This document shows, piece after piece, positions 16,801-28,809 of a DNA stretch of 64,000 nucleotides (within the stretch, counting starts at the first letter, position 1; each line of letters begins with the position of its first letter). Source of the stretch: Daphnia carinata (lineage: Eukaryota); assembly GCF_022539665.2 (NCBI RefSeq), contig NC_081333.1:7874001-7938000 (forward strand), read 5' to 3'. A program made the position numbers and the translations under genes. The notes under the pieces were generated by a model. It had not been told where the DNA came from and made no database searches. It saw nothing but the letters and a program-made list of their open reading frames with translations.

Positions 16801-19800
16801 CGTAGCCCCCCAAAAAAGGAGATTGAATAATGAGCAAGTGCATTTCTGGCCTTGATCCAAGATGACAATCTCATCCGTGACTCCATTCCTCAAACGAAAT
16901 GGAAACTTGCTCGACTTGTTACCATCTGTCTGTTCTCTATTCTTATTTATTTGAATTCTGTTGTAGAATGAAAGTGAAACTTGGGTAGGTACATTTAGAT
17001 AATTCGTTAATGTAAAGAAAAGGTTGCGGTCGTTGGAGGTGAGTCACGCAGGGGCGTGGTGAACGTTTGCTGTTGATTTTTCGTGAAGCTTCCACGGCCT
17101 CCCATCCCATTTGACAAAAATCCAGCTGTACACCATTTAGGGTCTTAGAGAGGCCAAAAATGATAAATGTTGTAAGACTAGATATCGTCACGACTATTGG
17201 CAACATCTAGCCTCTGTCGTATGCCTCTGTCTTTATCCTTGGCTTTTACTACTCATTTTCTACATTGTAATTTGTGATTCCCATTCCTATGCTAGTCTAG
17301 TCTCCTGAGTGATGATGACGCAATCATCAGTTTTCGTGGGTTTTTTTTGGCTCAATAACAGAATTGTTCTCAGGTGTGTTCTTATTATTCCTTGCATCTA
17401 CTTTAGCCACGCCAGAAAACAACTGGTTATTCTAATCCAAACATCCGCCAATTGACCTTATTCGATCGGCCATGAAACCGAGTTACAAATGACCAGAGCA
17501 TTTACGAATAATATCCTCTGGATTCACCTGGAATCCATTGGAAGGTGAAACAATACGGAACAAAAAGGGTCTTACCACAGATGGCCACGTCCCCTTGCCA
17601 CCGGCCGTCACTGCCACAACTGATAGTCGGGTTCCTGTCCGGAAGATACAAATAAAAAAGCATTTGCATGAGAAACCAGCTGTTTTGAATTAACAATAGA
17701 ATATAAACTAAAAAAAGGGAAAAGTTTTCCAATTCAAAAATCAAATGGCAACATGTATAACGTAGGAAAAGAGAAAGACAGAAAAGGAAAACCTTTCACG
17801 TGTCTATACTTGGCTTTAGGAGTCAGGAAAAAAAAATTTGCTGAACGAATGAACGAGCGCAAGATGCGGACAGACCGAACCCACACAACAACGAAAAAAA
17901 AAACGAAAGGAAATGCTAGCGAAAGGAGACGTAAAAGGAATATGGCATTAAAAAAGAGAATGAAAGGAGAAGAAAATTACTGTGCATATTAGAAGCGGGT
18001 TGACCTCCTCTTGGCCCTCCTTGTTTTTTAGTGAACGTTCGTGAAACCGCTAGCACAGGACGAATGGAACGAGAAAAAGAGAGAATGGTTGAAAAACTTA
18101 GCAACGGTCCCACTTTCCTTTTTCACGGCGCGATTACGAGCCAAACGAACGAATGCAAAATGAAAGAAACTTGAAAGAGAGAACTCTCTTTTATCATCTT
18201 TCTTATTCCACCTCCCCCACTTTGTGTACCCTTCCCTGGCAATGAGATCAGTCTGCAGATCTTTTTTTTTTTTTGTTCCAAAAAAGCCTTCTCTGCCCCA
18301 CTAGAAAAAAGTAAAAGTGATCAAGGTAAAAAGCAGAAAAAGTTCGTTGCTAGGCGTCTTACGTAGTCCCTTCCCCACGCTAATAAGCAAAACGCAAAAT
18401 ATGAAAGCTTTCACACTGTCTTGAATTTTTTTTTTTCCTGCCGTTTCACTCATTTGTCTGCTAAACAACTTTGGGGTTATTGTCGTGCTGATTATTCTTT
18501 CTCTTTTCGCTTTTTTTTTTCCCTTTCTTTTGGCTTCCACCTTTTCCCTCGATTACGATTTGCTCGTCTTTTATTTGAGAGAATCACTTTGCGCGATAGA
18601 GGCGTCGTCTTTGCCCGTCTAATAACGGCTTTTCACTTCACGCGGTCGATCAGTCTTTCACCAAGTCGGGAGAACGCGAGAGAAAAGAAAACAAATACAA
18701 GGAATGTCTGGAATAGAAAAGGAGAAACATTGGAAAAGCAAACAACGAATTGTCCCCAAACCCGCATTTTGTTTTGTCTCGTCCTTTTTTTCTATAAAGA
18801 AAGCTATATAAGTGCTCTTCGATTTCGGTTCAATCGGCCATTGTTTTCTTCCTAGTACGTTACGGCACCATTTGCATGACACTGAGCGTACCGCATAAGT
18901 AAGCAAAAGAAGGCAGATGCAACGAGATACGGGCCCCCGTTTTGAGAAAACACCAGATTGCTCATGCAGAGGGAAAATCACAATAACCAAAGTATATGGA
19001 ACCTTTCTCTTCCGTTACACAATCGATATTCCAATTCAACAATGGCAACGTATCGTGTGAGAGCTATAATTTGACATGCATGTCATGTTCCAATGCGCAC
19101 AATTTCTTTCCCTTTAAGAAAATTGTCTTAAAATTTCCTTCCTCTGATTTCAATCGCTAATTCGGTAGTCGAGCGTGTCAGCTCTTAATTAAGATTTAAT
19201 GATGGTAGATAAGAGTGTCCGAGAGAACAGAAAAAGACAGTCAAAGATGTAGATCGAAGGTCTTTTCGTATACACAAATAGAATGAATGATTTTACCCGA
19301 TGAGTTCGAATCCAGGATCGCAGACGTAAGTGACAGAGGCCGAGGTCCCGTGCTGTTGATTTGGGTCGTCGCTAATCTGGTCCGACCCTCCGAGCACCAT
19401 CTTGGAATTGAGCGGCGCCGGCGGTGGACCGCACTGCAGACCACCTGATGTGCGTGATTCCGATAAGAAAATGTAAACAAAAGACATTCAATTAATAATA
19501 CATCGAGGGGAAAAAAGTGAGTCACCATTTCGAAACCCACTATGCTCTGCTTTCTTTTATAAATAAATGTGTGCGCGACAGGGAAAAAGTCAGTGGCATT
19601 TTAAGTGTTATTTCAAGTAGGGTGGAGGAAAGCCAGTATTTTCCCCGTGCTTCGTGCGAAAATGTTGAACGAACAGGCCACCGATGGGCGGTCGAATTCG
19701 GCAACAATGGCCGATTTTGGGGGGTGCGATGACGATGCCATTGCACGAAATAAAAATAAGAAATGTGTGCCAGTCATTATAGGTGACGAAAAAACGGTAA

Positions 19801-22800
19801 GGCAGTGGTACAAAACTAGGCCAGTCGGCTGTCAGGGAATATAGCGCACAAGCGGGTAGCATCAGGTGTTCGACAGCACCTGATCATTACGAGCTCACAA
19901 AGGAAAAATGTACAACGGTACACACAACTACGGAAGGCTCTACGTTTCTTTCGATGCCAGGGTATACCAGTTGACACACAATCGTTTTCTTTTTTTCTCG
20001 ATAATCGCCAAACGAATGCTGCCCTGCCATTACTTTTCTTTAGTTGCCCACGACAGAAACCCTATTAATACCGGTGGTTAGGGCAATCAAAGTGAAAGAA
20101 AGAAAACCTGGAGAATGGGAAAGCAATTTCTATCAAAAGATACCGGTTTCAGAATGATAGACAGGACGCAACAATATGCCGTCAGCGCAAATAACAACGG
20201 TCAAATAGATAGTGCACGCAACAACACGGTCTATTGAAGTCTGAAACAGCACAGTTAAACCCTCAGCACGCTACGTTAAGCTTTAAAATATTGGCACGAC
20301 GACCGACTTTTTATTTTCTTTTACTTTGTCAAGTGTGGTTCGTTGTGTTACCTGGAAATTCAATCGCAGCAAAGAAACAAGGCATAACCTTAGCGAATTT
20401 GAAGGCTATGACAATGGCGGAAACGGGGGATTGATGGGATTTGACGATAATAACAAACAAAACATTAACAGCCACACCCAGTTTGTCGTTATTTCTGTCT
20501 TTTTTTTATGGTCTTTGATCTTTGGTTTGAAAAATAAAATGTTTTGATGTCTAGAAAAGCCTCGTAAACTACGAAGAGGTTAAAGCCCGTAGGTGAAAAC
20601 GGGTTGAAGAAATCCTTATTTACGTAGCAGAGAAATAAACGGCAGCGTCGGGAATAATCGTGAACTGAGCGCTTTGGCACGATCGCCCGCTGTAAGGTAG
20701 AGCCAAGGTTTCTCCGCTTTGCGTGACGGCTCTGCAAGTCGATTAACCTGGCAGACTTTTTTTTTTGCCATTCACTCGGTCATAATTTTCCTCGTTTCTT
20801 TCTGCCATTTCTACGCCAATTCGAAAGTGACAGTCACTAGCAGACTTTTTGCATGCACCGTGTCCAACGTGAGCAGTCAATCAATCTCTGTATCATCGGG
20901 TGACGTCAACAACTCAACTGTCCTTGACGCAGTCGAGGGCACACTACATCTACCATCTGGCACGATTTGGGACCAGACCTCGTCAAAGAAATCCAAGAAA
21001 ATCTACAGCAAAATATGTTCACTAACGATTACCTGGTATAAGATACTAGTTATGGATTTCCGACGAAAAAAAATGCGTAATCGAGTCGATCATGGAGATT
21101 GATATACTGTTATTCTGCAGCGTTGATTTTGCTATCAGATCAGAACAACCGGCAGGGGTGGAGGATGGCTGTGAATATTTTTGAAATAGTAATTGGGAAA
21201 CAGGACATTTGATTTCCAAGGTTTTTACGCTCAGGTTCTCACTAACTTCTTCTAAACTTAACCAATTCCCACTCAAAGTTTCCCCATTTGAATTTTGCTT
21301 TTATTATTTAAATTACAAATCTATTATTTTCATCCCTTGCAACAGGTGAATATGACTTGCCCTTTTCACGTTTTACTTCTCGAAGGGATGTGATGGTTTC
21401 GCAAAATACAAAAACACTCATCGGACAATGGAGGAATAATGCATTGGCGTAAATGCTTCTTGTTATTCGAGGACGAGTGCGTTCGTTCAGACACGGAACG
21501 TTAAATCCGTTGAATGAACGCCCTCCATCTCTTACCCTATTTCTCTCTCTATCAGTCACTTTTTCGAGACTAGAAAAAGAATTTTAACAAGTGCAGACAC
21601 ACAAATCAACAACCGGTGCAAAGAAAATTTGGAGGCCACAGCCAGGGATCCGTGAAGGCGTTCAGTAGTTATCAAAAGAAATTTCTGGAAAAGGAATCGT
21701 AATAGAAGACCGCAGAAATCAAAGCATGATAAAGAAAGAAACGAAGGAAAAATTGTGATAACAAACTCGTTGTGGAATTTTGTCGCATTATTTTTTCTTT
21801 TTCATGAAATGCCCGTCGTTGTTGACTAGTGTATAGTGACCAATGCTGATGGGCCTTTCACCTGCGGCAGGACGTTACCCACTGTTGTATTTGAAAATGC
21901 CGCCCTAATGACCTACATCGGCCCCTCTCTCCCCGTGGGTATTTTCTCTACACTTTTTTTCGAATTTTTTTGTTGCTTCCCCGTCCTCTTCTACCCATTC
22001 CAATGGACAGATTATTCAACCGGCTCTGTAGTCGTCAGAGGTTTTTCATTCCGGTTAACACATGTGTGGCGTGACTCACCCAACGGGCGATTTGATGAAC
22101 CCAAAAGGGAACCTTCATCTTCTTCTTCTTGTTTTTTTTTCCCTCGTCATCAAATTCAACCATCCCCCTCTCTCTCTCTCTCTCTCTACGTTTTTGTTTC
22201 GAAATAAAACGAATAGTTTCACGGTGCTCTAAGCACGTGACCCCATTTAAAATGCCAAAGCGTCCCCCTTGCGCACCTGTCTAGAACCATTTAAAATACG
22301 ATGTTTTTATTGGTCCTTTTCGTTCGTTCAAACAACCAGTATACAGAAACCGGTCAAATTAATATGACGACCTGCACCGACTCCCGCACTTTGTCTCTTA
22401 CGCCAATCATTCTAATTGAAACCTTAAGAGTTCGACAATGATTGCATCGACGTCTGCATTTCATCATTAATGGCTATGTCGAAAAATGGCGATAAGATTA
22501 AATGCGTGCATTTAGACCCGTTTCATGTTACTTACTTACTCTTTTCCTAATTAAATGCATCATAACCGAGTACCGTTGGTACGTCTGTTTCTCATTTGGT
22601 CTTACTTCAATGTCAAATGAGACTCTCTGATTTTTGGTTGGTATCAAACAAAACATTACAGATCTTCCCATTTTGTCATCGATTGATTTACGGTTGCAAA
22701 TATATAAATAAACATTATTTTGAAATAGTGGGCACTGAATAGGCAGGTAAAAAAAACACCCCTACCGAAATAGCGCAGGGCGATTAAAAGATTGATTACG

Positions 22801-22977
22801 ACACGAATCAAGTTTTGAATTTTTCCCATTAAAGCATACCGTTGAATACGATAATCACCAAGGTTTCGGAATAAATAAAAGTAAAAAAAGGGGCATATTA
22901 CCTGTCACAGGAATAATTGCAATCCATCCCAAGGTAAGCAACAGAGTTAGCCGTTGGCGATTTGTGTAACGTGTCAT
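10889..22977 (-). CDS. fw: Furrowed-like type I membrane protein: signal peptide, sushi, F5/8-fucolectin domain, C-type lectin, 10 sushi/CCP repeats, TM, Tyr/Pro-rich tail
   Basis: Signal peptide exon 22977-22902. Sushi split over exons at ~19300-19450 and ~17575-17640. NVALRKSANQSS...PWWMADL (fucolectin); QPNNYNGEQNCV...WNDVGC (CTL); ten CCP repeats; TM VWIGVGTGIVLVLFVIIALFYC. Architecture matches Drosophila furrowed. Confidence 0.85.
22168..22187. repeat. (CT)10 microsatellite
   Basis: Direct reading; lies in intron 1 of the fw-like gene. Confidence 0.85.
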
Positions 22978-23635
22978 GATATCGATCGATACGTTTAGAT
23001 CACAACGGTCAACTCCACTTTCGCTTCGTTTAATCCAGCAGGTGGCGAGAGGTGCGTCTCTCAAAACTTGACGCAAAATTACACAACTGCTATTCCAAAC
23101 GTAATCAACTAAGAATTCAAGCACACTTATGACTGGAAATATGCACAAGTCAAACCAAAATGATCAATCTTGGCATTTTGTAACTTTCTTTCACTTTGTG
23201 CAAATGTTCAACTTTGTCGAAGAAGCAAGAAATGAATTTACTAGAAAAAACAAAACAAAAACAAAACAAAAACAAGCAGACGGAGCAGACCAGGATCACA
23301 ACTCGACTGGCTCGTTGCGAGCGAGAGACTGACGCCTTTGATGGCGAGGCTAAGCGAAAGTTGTTGCAGCAGCAGCTACTACCACCTTTCCCTCGGAGCA
23401 TTATTCTATAGCTCGATAGCCATTGGGAACTGTGTTACCAGTGCTCACTCTCTGTGTGTGTGTGTTCACCAAGTATGCGTGACTAGACAAGCCGAGCCCT
23501 GCATGCACGAACAGAGCTCGAGTTTTTTTCGGCAAACCCCCAGCGGGTTCTTACATACGAGGCCACCTGTCCTCCTCTAATTCGATCTTCCTTTGCACAA
23601 GCGGCACGGCTATAGTTTGCTTCTCATAACACCCA

Positions 23636-23652
23636 TGTGTGTGTGTGTGTGT
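23636..23652. repeat. (TG)n microsatellite
   Basis: Direct reading. Confidence 0.8.
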
Positions 23653-23809
23653 TTGTTTAACGAAAGGTGGCGTCTTCCTGGTGATTTCTCAAGGACTTGC
23701 TATAAAATAGCTGAATGTTTTCTTGGCATTTGTTGCATGTATTGCTTCACATTTCGCCATGCATGGTTAGAAGCATATAAAGAAGCATTATGCAGATTTA
23801 TTTTCGAAA

Positions 23810-26800
23810 TCAATAAACGATTGGCGAATCGCAAACATTCTCGGGGACGAATCCGTTCTTTTGAATGATTCGGGCGTAGTAGTTTGCCGAACTCTTGGGA
23901 ACGCGAGGCTTGGCCGGATCCGTAAAGTTGACGTAATGCATTCCAAATCTTTCTCTGTTTTTTTTAACGGTTGTGAAGAAAGAAAAACAAGAATAATAAC
24001 TAGGTCAAACCATCTGAAATCAAAATCATGATTACAAATATCCACGTTCCCACTCAAAGTTGTCCATCAGGCTCCAGGCTGTATAGCCAATGACGTTTGC
24101 CCCATCTTGGATGGCTAAATATACATAAAATATGAGAAGAAAAAACAAGTTGATAAGAAATTCGTGAATCTCTTGACGTTTCTGGATTAGTAGATAGTTA
24201 CCTTTGAGAACGTTGTTGATGTAATACTTGCTGCACGAAAAGAAAATATTTGTGTTATCACGCAGAGAATGAAAATCAAATGCGACCAATGCAATTATGC
24301 TCACTAATAATAGATCCTCATCGAGTCGTCGAGATATCCATTGCGGTCACTCAATCCGTTTTCCGTGATAATAACATCGGGGTTGTTGTACCGATCTTTG
24401 ATCCAGTTCAACATTCGGCGGATGCCCCATGGAGTGATTCGTAGCCAAGAAGATGCTGATCTGTTTTGAAAACATAGACCGCGTAAAAGAAAATTGTACG
24501 AGAGAAAAAGTTTTTTTTAGAAAATCCGGTATATCCTTTCACGTCTCGAAAGAAAAAGTTTGCCATGGGATTATTTTTTGGAGGGGGGCTGTGTGCGTTG
24601 ATGCCAGCAGTTCTGACGTAATTTGAGTGAAAGTCTCCACAATTCTTCCGATCATTCAATATGTTATTCACCTTCGGATGGACTACGTCACTTTCGCTTC
24701 AACTCAACCAATGTGTGTGCGTGTAAAAAAAAAAAGAGAAAAGTGCAACAAACTGAAAAATAGGACGCACACGCATGTGTAAGAATCAAATCTACACCGC
24801 GATTCTCTCGCGGCTTCCTGGTCCGTTTTTCCTTGATGCGTCAAAACCTTTCCTTCTTGGAATTGCATGATCACTTCTGGGTTTCTTAATGTCTTGCGAA
24901 ATTTATATCACGGGATTTTTACTCAGCTGAATTAGTTCAACGTTTCGAATGATACGAGAAACTGGATTTGAAGAGGTTTGAAAATGAATGGCGTTATTTG
25001 AAATTCATATCTAATCGTGGTGTTTTTCTACTGTCTTGGCTGCATTCTGATTGGCTATTAAATCGATGGTTAGTGGGTCACAAGATCTCATCAACCCAAA
25101 TATCAAGACTAATTTGACGGTCTCACTTAAAACGAAGACAGATGACATACCCGCTACATTAAAGTGCAGAACGTCCTAGATTGGGAAAAAACTCGCGAGA
25201 AAAATGATCACAATTTCAAGGTTAACAACCGATACCATTTCAAGGAGGACCTTGAGCTGATGAACACCTTCGCCAAAAATGGGTAACCAACGAAAACAAA
25301 AAAAAGGGCGTAACTCTTACCCGTACCAGTTCTCCTTGTCTTGATACGCAACTACATCTTTGTCTGTGTAATAGTTGACCAGCGTATCATCAAACAATTC
25401 TTCTTTGACGATTTCAGATGAATAAAAATTCAGGCCAAAAAAATCGGCAGAACCTCTAAGCTCTGTTTTCTCAGTTTCAGTGAAAACGGGAAGACGAGAT
25501 TGGGGGAGACCCGCAGCTGTGCTTTTTCGAGCAATCTGCGATAAGTTTCAAAAACCATAAAAATAAATTTCTTACAAAAAAATAATATGAAAAAAAAAAT
25601 CGAATATTACCAAATCAATCATAACTTGTGGATAGTCTCCGTTTCCCCAGATTGGATTGGCGAACCACCCACCGGCAAACTGCATGGAACGTTCGGCAGC
25701 GTCGATAGATGCAGTGCTGTTATCTTCTGGTTCTCCCCAGCTAATATTCAAGGTTATGCCCACTTTTCCTGTAACGTTGGCCAAGTATTGTCGAGTTTAA
25801 TGATTCCTCCCTATACGCCAAGGCTTGAGAAAATGTTTACCATTCTGGGTTTGCTTGTACTTCAGCTCGTACAACCGATAAGCTTTGGCGTGTGACCGCA
25901 ATTGGTTATGCGCGGCTATGTAGTCTTTAGTTCCGGACTCTGTGATGCCTGGAGCCTTCGATCCAGTGCCATATCCTAAATGTTTTGCGATTAATAAAGA
26001 ATGTCGTCGACAACTAGTCGCCTATAAAGACACTCCTACGTACCTAGATAAGCCTGACACCAGGGCTCGTTGAAGGTGATCCAGTATTCCACCTGCGACG
26101 TGTTGGATTAAGAATTTGTTTTTGACTAGTTGGACGAAATGAAGAGTTAACTTACGTCAGCACCAAATTGCTCGAAGCAAAGATCTGCGTAAGCTTCGAA
26201 CCAGGTAGCGATGTCTGGGTTCTGCCAACCGCCTTGGTCTTCTAGAACTTGCGGGAGATCCCAATGGTACAGCGTCACCTTCCAAAAACAATGGGTTTTC
26301 CAAACACAACTCATTTCAATTAAAACAAGAATAAGTCTCACCATAGGTTTGATTCCTGCGGCTTTAAGGGCTGCAATCAGATTTTTGTAGTACTGAATGC
26401 CTAGAGGATTGGACGCGCCCACTCCGTTCGGGATCACACGAGACCATGAAATTGAGAAACGGTAGTGACTTACCTGAAATAGGTCAAATCATTAGCCCGA
26501 TAAAGTATAAAGCTATCATTTTTGTTTCGTTGAGAGTCTTACACCCATGTTTTTCAGCAACTGTATATCTTGTTCGTAAAGATAATAGCTAAGACAGGCG
26601 TCATCTCCGGTTGATCCATCGGCAATCATACCCGGAGTCCTGACATAAGTGTCCCAGATGCTCGGTGTGCGACCTGAAACATAAAAGATTTCATTTAGCT
26701 ATAGAACATTATTAGAATGCTAATAATAGCAAACGAATATCACCATCAACGTTCCAGGCACCCTCTACTTGGTAAGATGCCGTAGCAGCGGCCCAGATGA

Positions 26801-26903
26801 AACCTGGAGGGAAACTACCATAGGTAATTGTATCATCAATGAACTCTGCCCGGCTCAAGAAGCCGAGGCAGCTCAGGAAGCAAAGAATGAAGACCGCCCG
26901 CAT
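23810..26903 (-). CDS. Secreted glycoside hydrolase family 1 (beta-glucosidase, lactase-phlorizin hydrolase/myrosinase-like)
   Basis: Signal peptide [48 protein letters not shown]; catalytic TFNEP and [14 protein letters not shown]; ends [15 protein letters not shown]. Confidence 0.95.
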
Positions 26904-26962
26904 TGTTCAGTACAACCAAGTTGAAATCCAAACTAAACTGCCGTCTGCATTTGAAAGTCCTG

Positions 26963-26970
26963 TATTTATA
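26963..26970 (-). promoter_or_regulatory. TATA box of the GH1 gene
   Basis: TATAAATA on the minus strand, 60 nt upstream of the ATG. Confidence 0.6.
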
Positions 26971-28809
26971 GCTGTAAATAGGATAGCAGCTTCCTATCGC
27001 AGAAGTTTCACTGCTGTTTGCTCAAAAAAGTACGTACGTGATGGTTTTAATTTCCTAGCGCGTTTGCGTGGTGTCGCAGCATTTTAGAAACCGTTAAATC
27101 ATAATTTTGACATGTTTTTTAACTACAAAGGATTACAGTGAGAGATAAGCATATCTTTCACGCGTCTGAGAGCACATATTCTTAATCTTTGGTTGAGAGA
27201 CTTTGACTCGATAATTTGCAGCGTGATGCAGCTCATATATTCCTCATCGGCAGAGTCCAGAGAAAGGAACGATTGTACTCCATTTGTTCACCAATGATGC
27301 TGATTATATTCTGAAGTACCGTCAAAGCAACGTTGAAAGTTTTACAAGCTGGCATACCACAGTACAACTCACGATTCACAATCATGCGCATAAAACTGCC
27401 TTTACCAACAGATGAGCGATAAATGCAGTCGGCTTTCTGATAACCATGATTTCAATCAACCATTGCTGGCAGTTTCTCCCTAGTTATGCAATTTTGTGGC
27501 TAGACCTGAAGGACATGATATGAGCTTGGCCGTTAGAGCAAAATAGTACCTTGTAGATCCTTTTTTTTTCTTTATTTGAGTCCCATACTGTCCTCGCACG
27601 TCCTAATGACAGACTTCCCATGTCCTTATATCCACAGTTGGCCATCAACACACAACGGAAGATATTAATGTCAATCAAGAAAAAGAAATGACATCCTGGA
27701 GACGTAGAATTAAAACAAAAAGTGTGAGCTTGCTCATTTTTTAAATCGCAGGATATCAAGGCGGTAATTACCGGATGTCACGAATACCAACGAGGACACC
27801 GAGTCAAGAACAATATGGATACTAACAGAAAACTGTAAAAAATTCAGGCTGCGACATTTCTGCGATACATAGCAACGCTAAAGGCCACCAGCGCCTAGTT
27901 AGTCTGAAACCAAAAAAGGACAAGACAATTTGGTTGCGCTAAAATATCGGTTTTAGTAGGAAAGGCTGCAAATGTCAGCGTATGGTAGTTTCGAATTGTT
28001 GTTTCCTTGCAATTTATGAAACAAATCTTATTCGATGCTCATGCCAGACGCTTTTGAGTCACCACTTCTCGTTTCACATAACATCTCCATCCAATTTCCT
28101 TTGTAAGGTGATGTTTTCCCACAACACGCACCCCCCAGGTTGAGAAAAAGTCTTGGGCTTATTATTTTTTTTATAGCTGTATTATTGCAGCATTCACTAG
28201 AAATATGGGTGATGGCGAGAAAAGCCATGTCGGGGGCGAGGTGACGTTCGAGATGATTTACCTTTTCATAGAAACAACAGAGCAAGAATAGCGTGAGTAG
28301 ACATTTTCGCGCAATTTTGAGGTGAACCATAGGAAATGCTCTTTTTCTCTGCTCAAAATGTCAGTCGTTCAATTCTCACACCCGCCAACGGCAAAGACTT
28401 TGTCTACAAGACACATAAGGCGAATAGCAAAGCGTGGAGTGAAATCGGCTAAATATTCGTCATCACGATTGCCTTCTCTCTTTCACCATGATTATTGACC
28501 ACAGCTAAGAAAGTCGTAGAGAATGCTCGATCATGAACGAATTTCTTTCCGACGCCTCGATCAACATTCGTGGGCATCCCATAGAACAATTTCCTTGTTC
28601 AATGGTAGTGCACAATCAATTTCAATAACCACTGAAAAAAAAAGGCGTTTAAAATAGGAAATTTAGTTAGCTTCGGAACACTGAAGATAACTGAATACAT
28701 ATCCAAAATCAATTTCTTTCGTGTATATTCGATGTTGTTGTGACTTTATGACATGGTACTTGTTGGAATAGGTCGAACGAGGGGGGATAATCAAAATTGC
28801 ACAAGGTGG

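Noticed and set aside
21266..21280. 15-nt identity (TTCCCACTCAAAGTT) with the GH1 NFEW exon at ~24047
   Set aside because: Similarity does not extend on either side; probably chance.
15782..22207. Many 60-144 aa ORFs in the fw-like introns
   Set aside because: Apart from those overlapping the two real fw exons, these are low-complexity Phe/Lys-rich translations of A/T tracts, mostly with non-ATG starts and no domains.
24461..25319. Unusually long GH1 intron (~860 nt) as a transposon insertion
   Set aside because: No terminal repeats, target-site duplication or coding remnant could be identified by eye.
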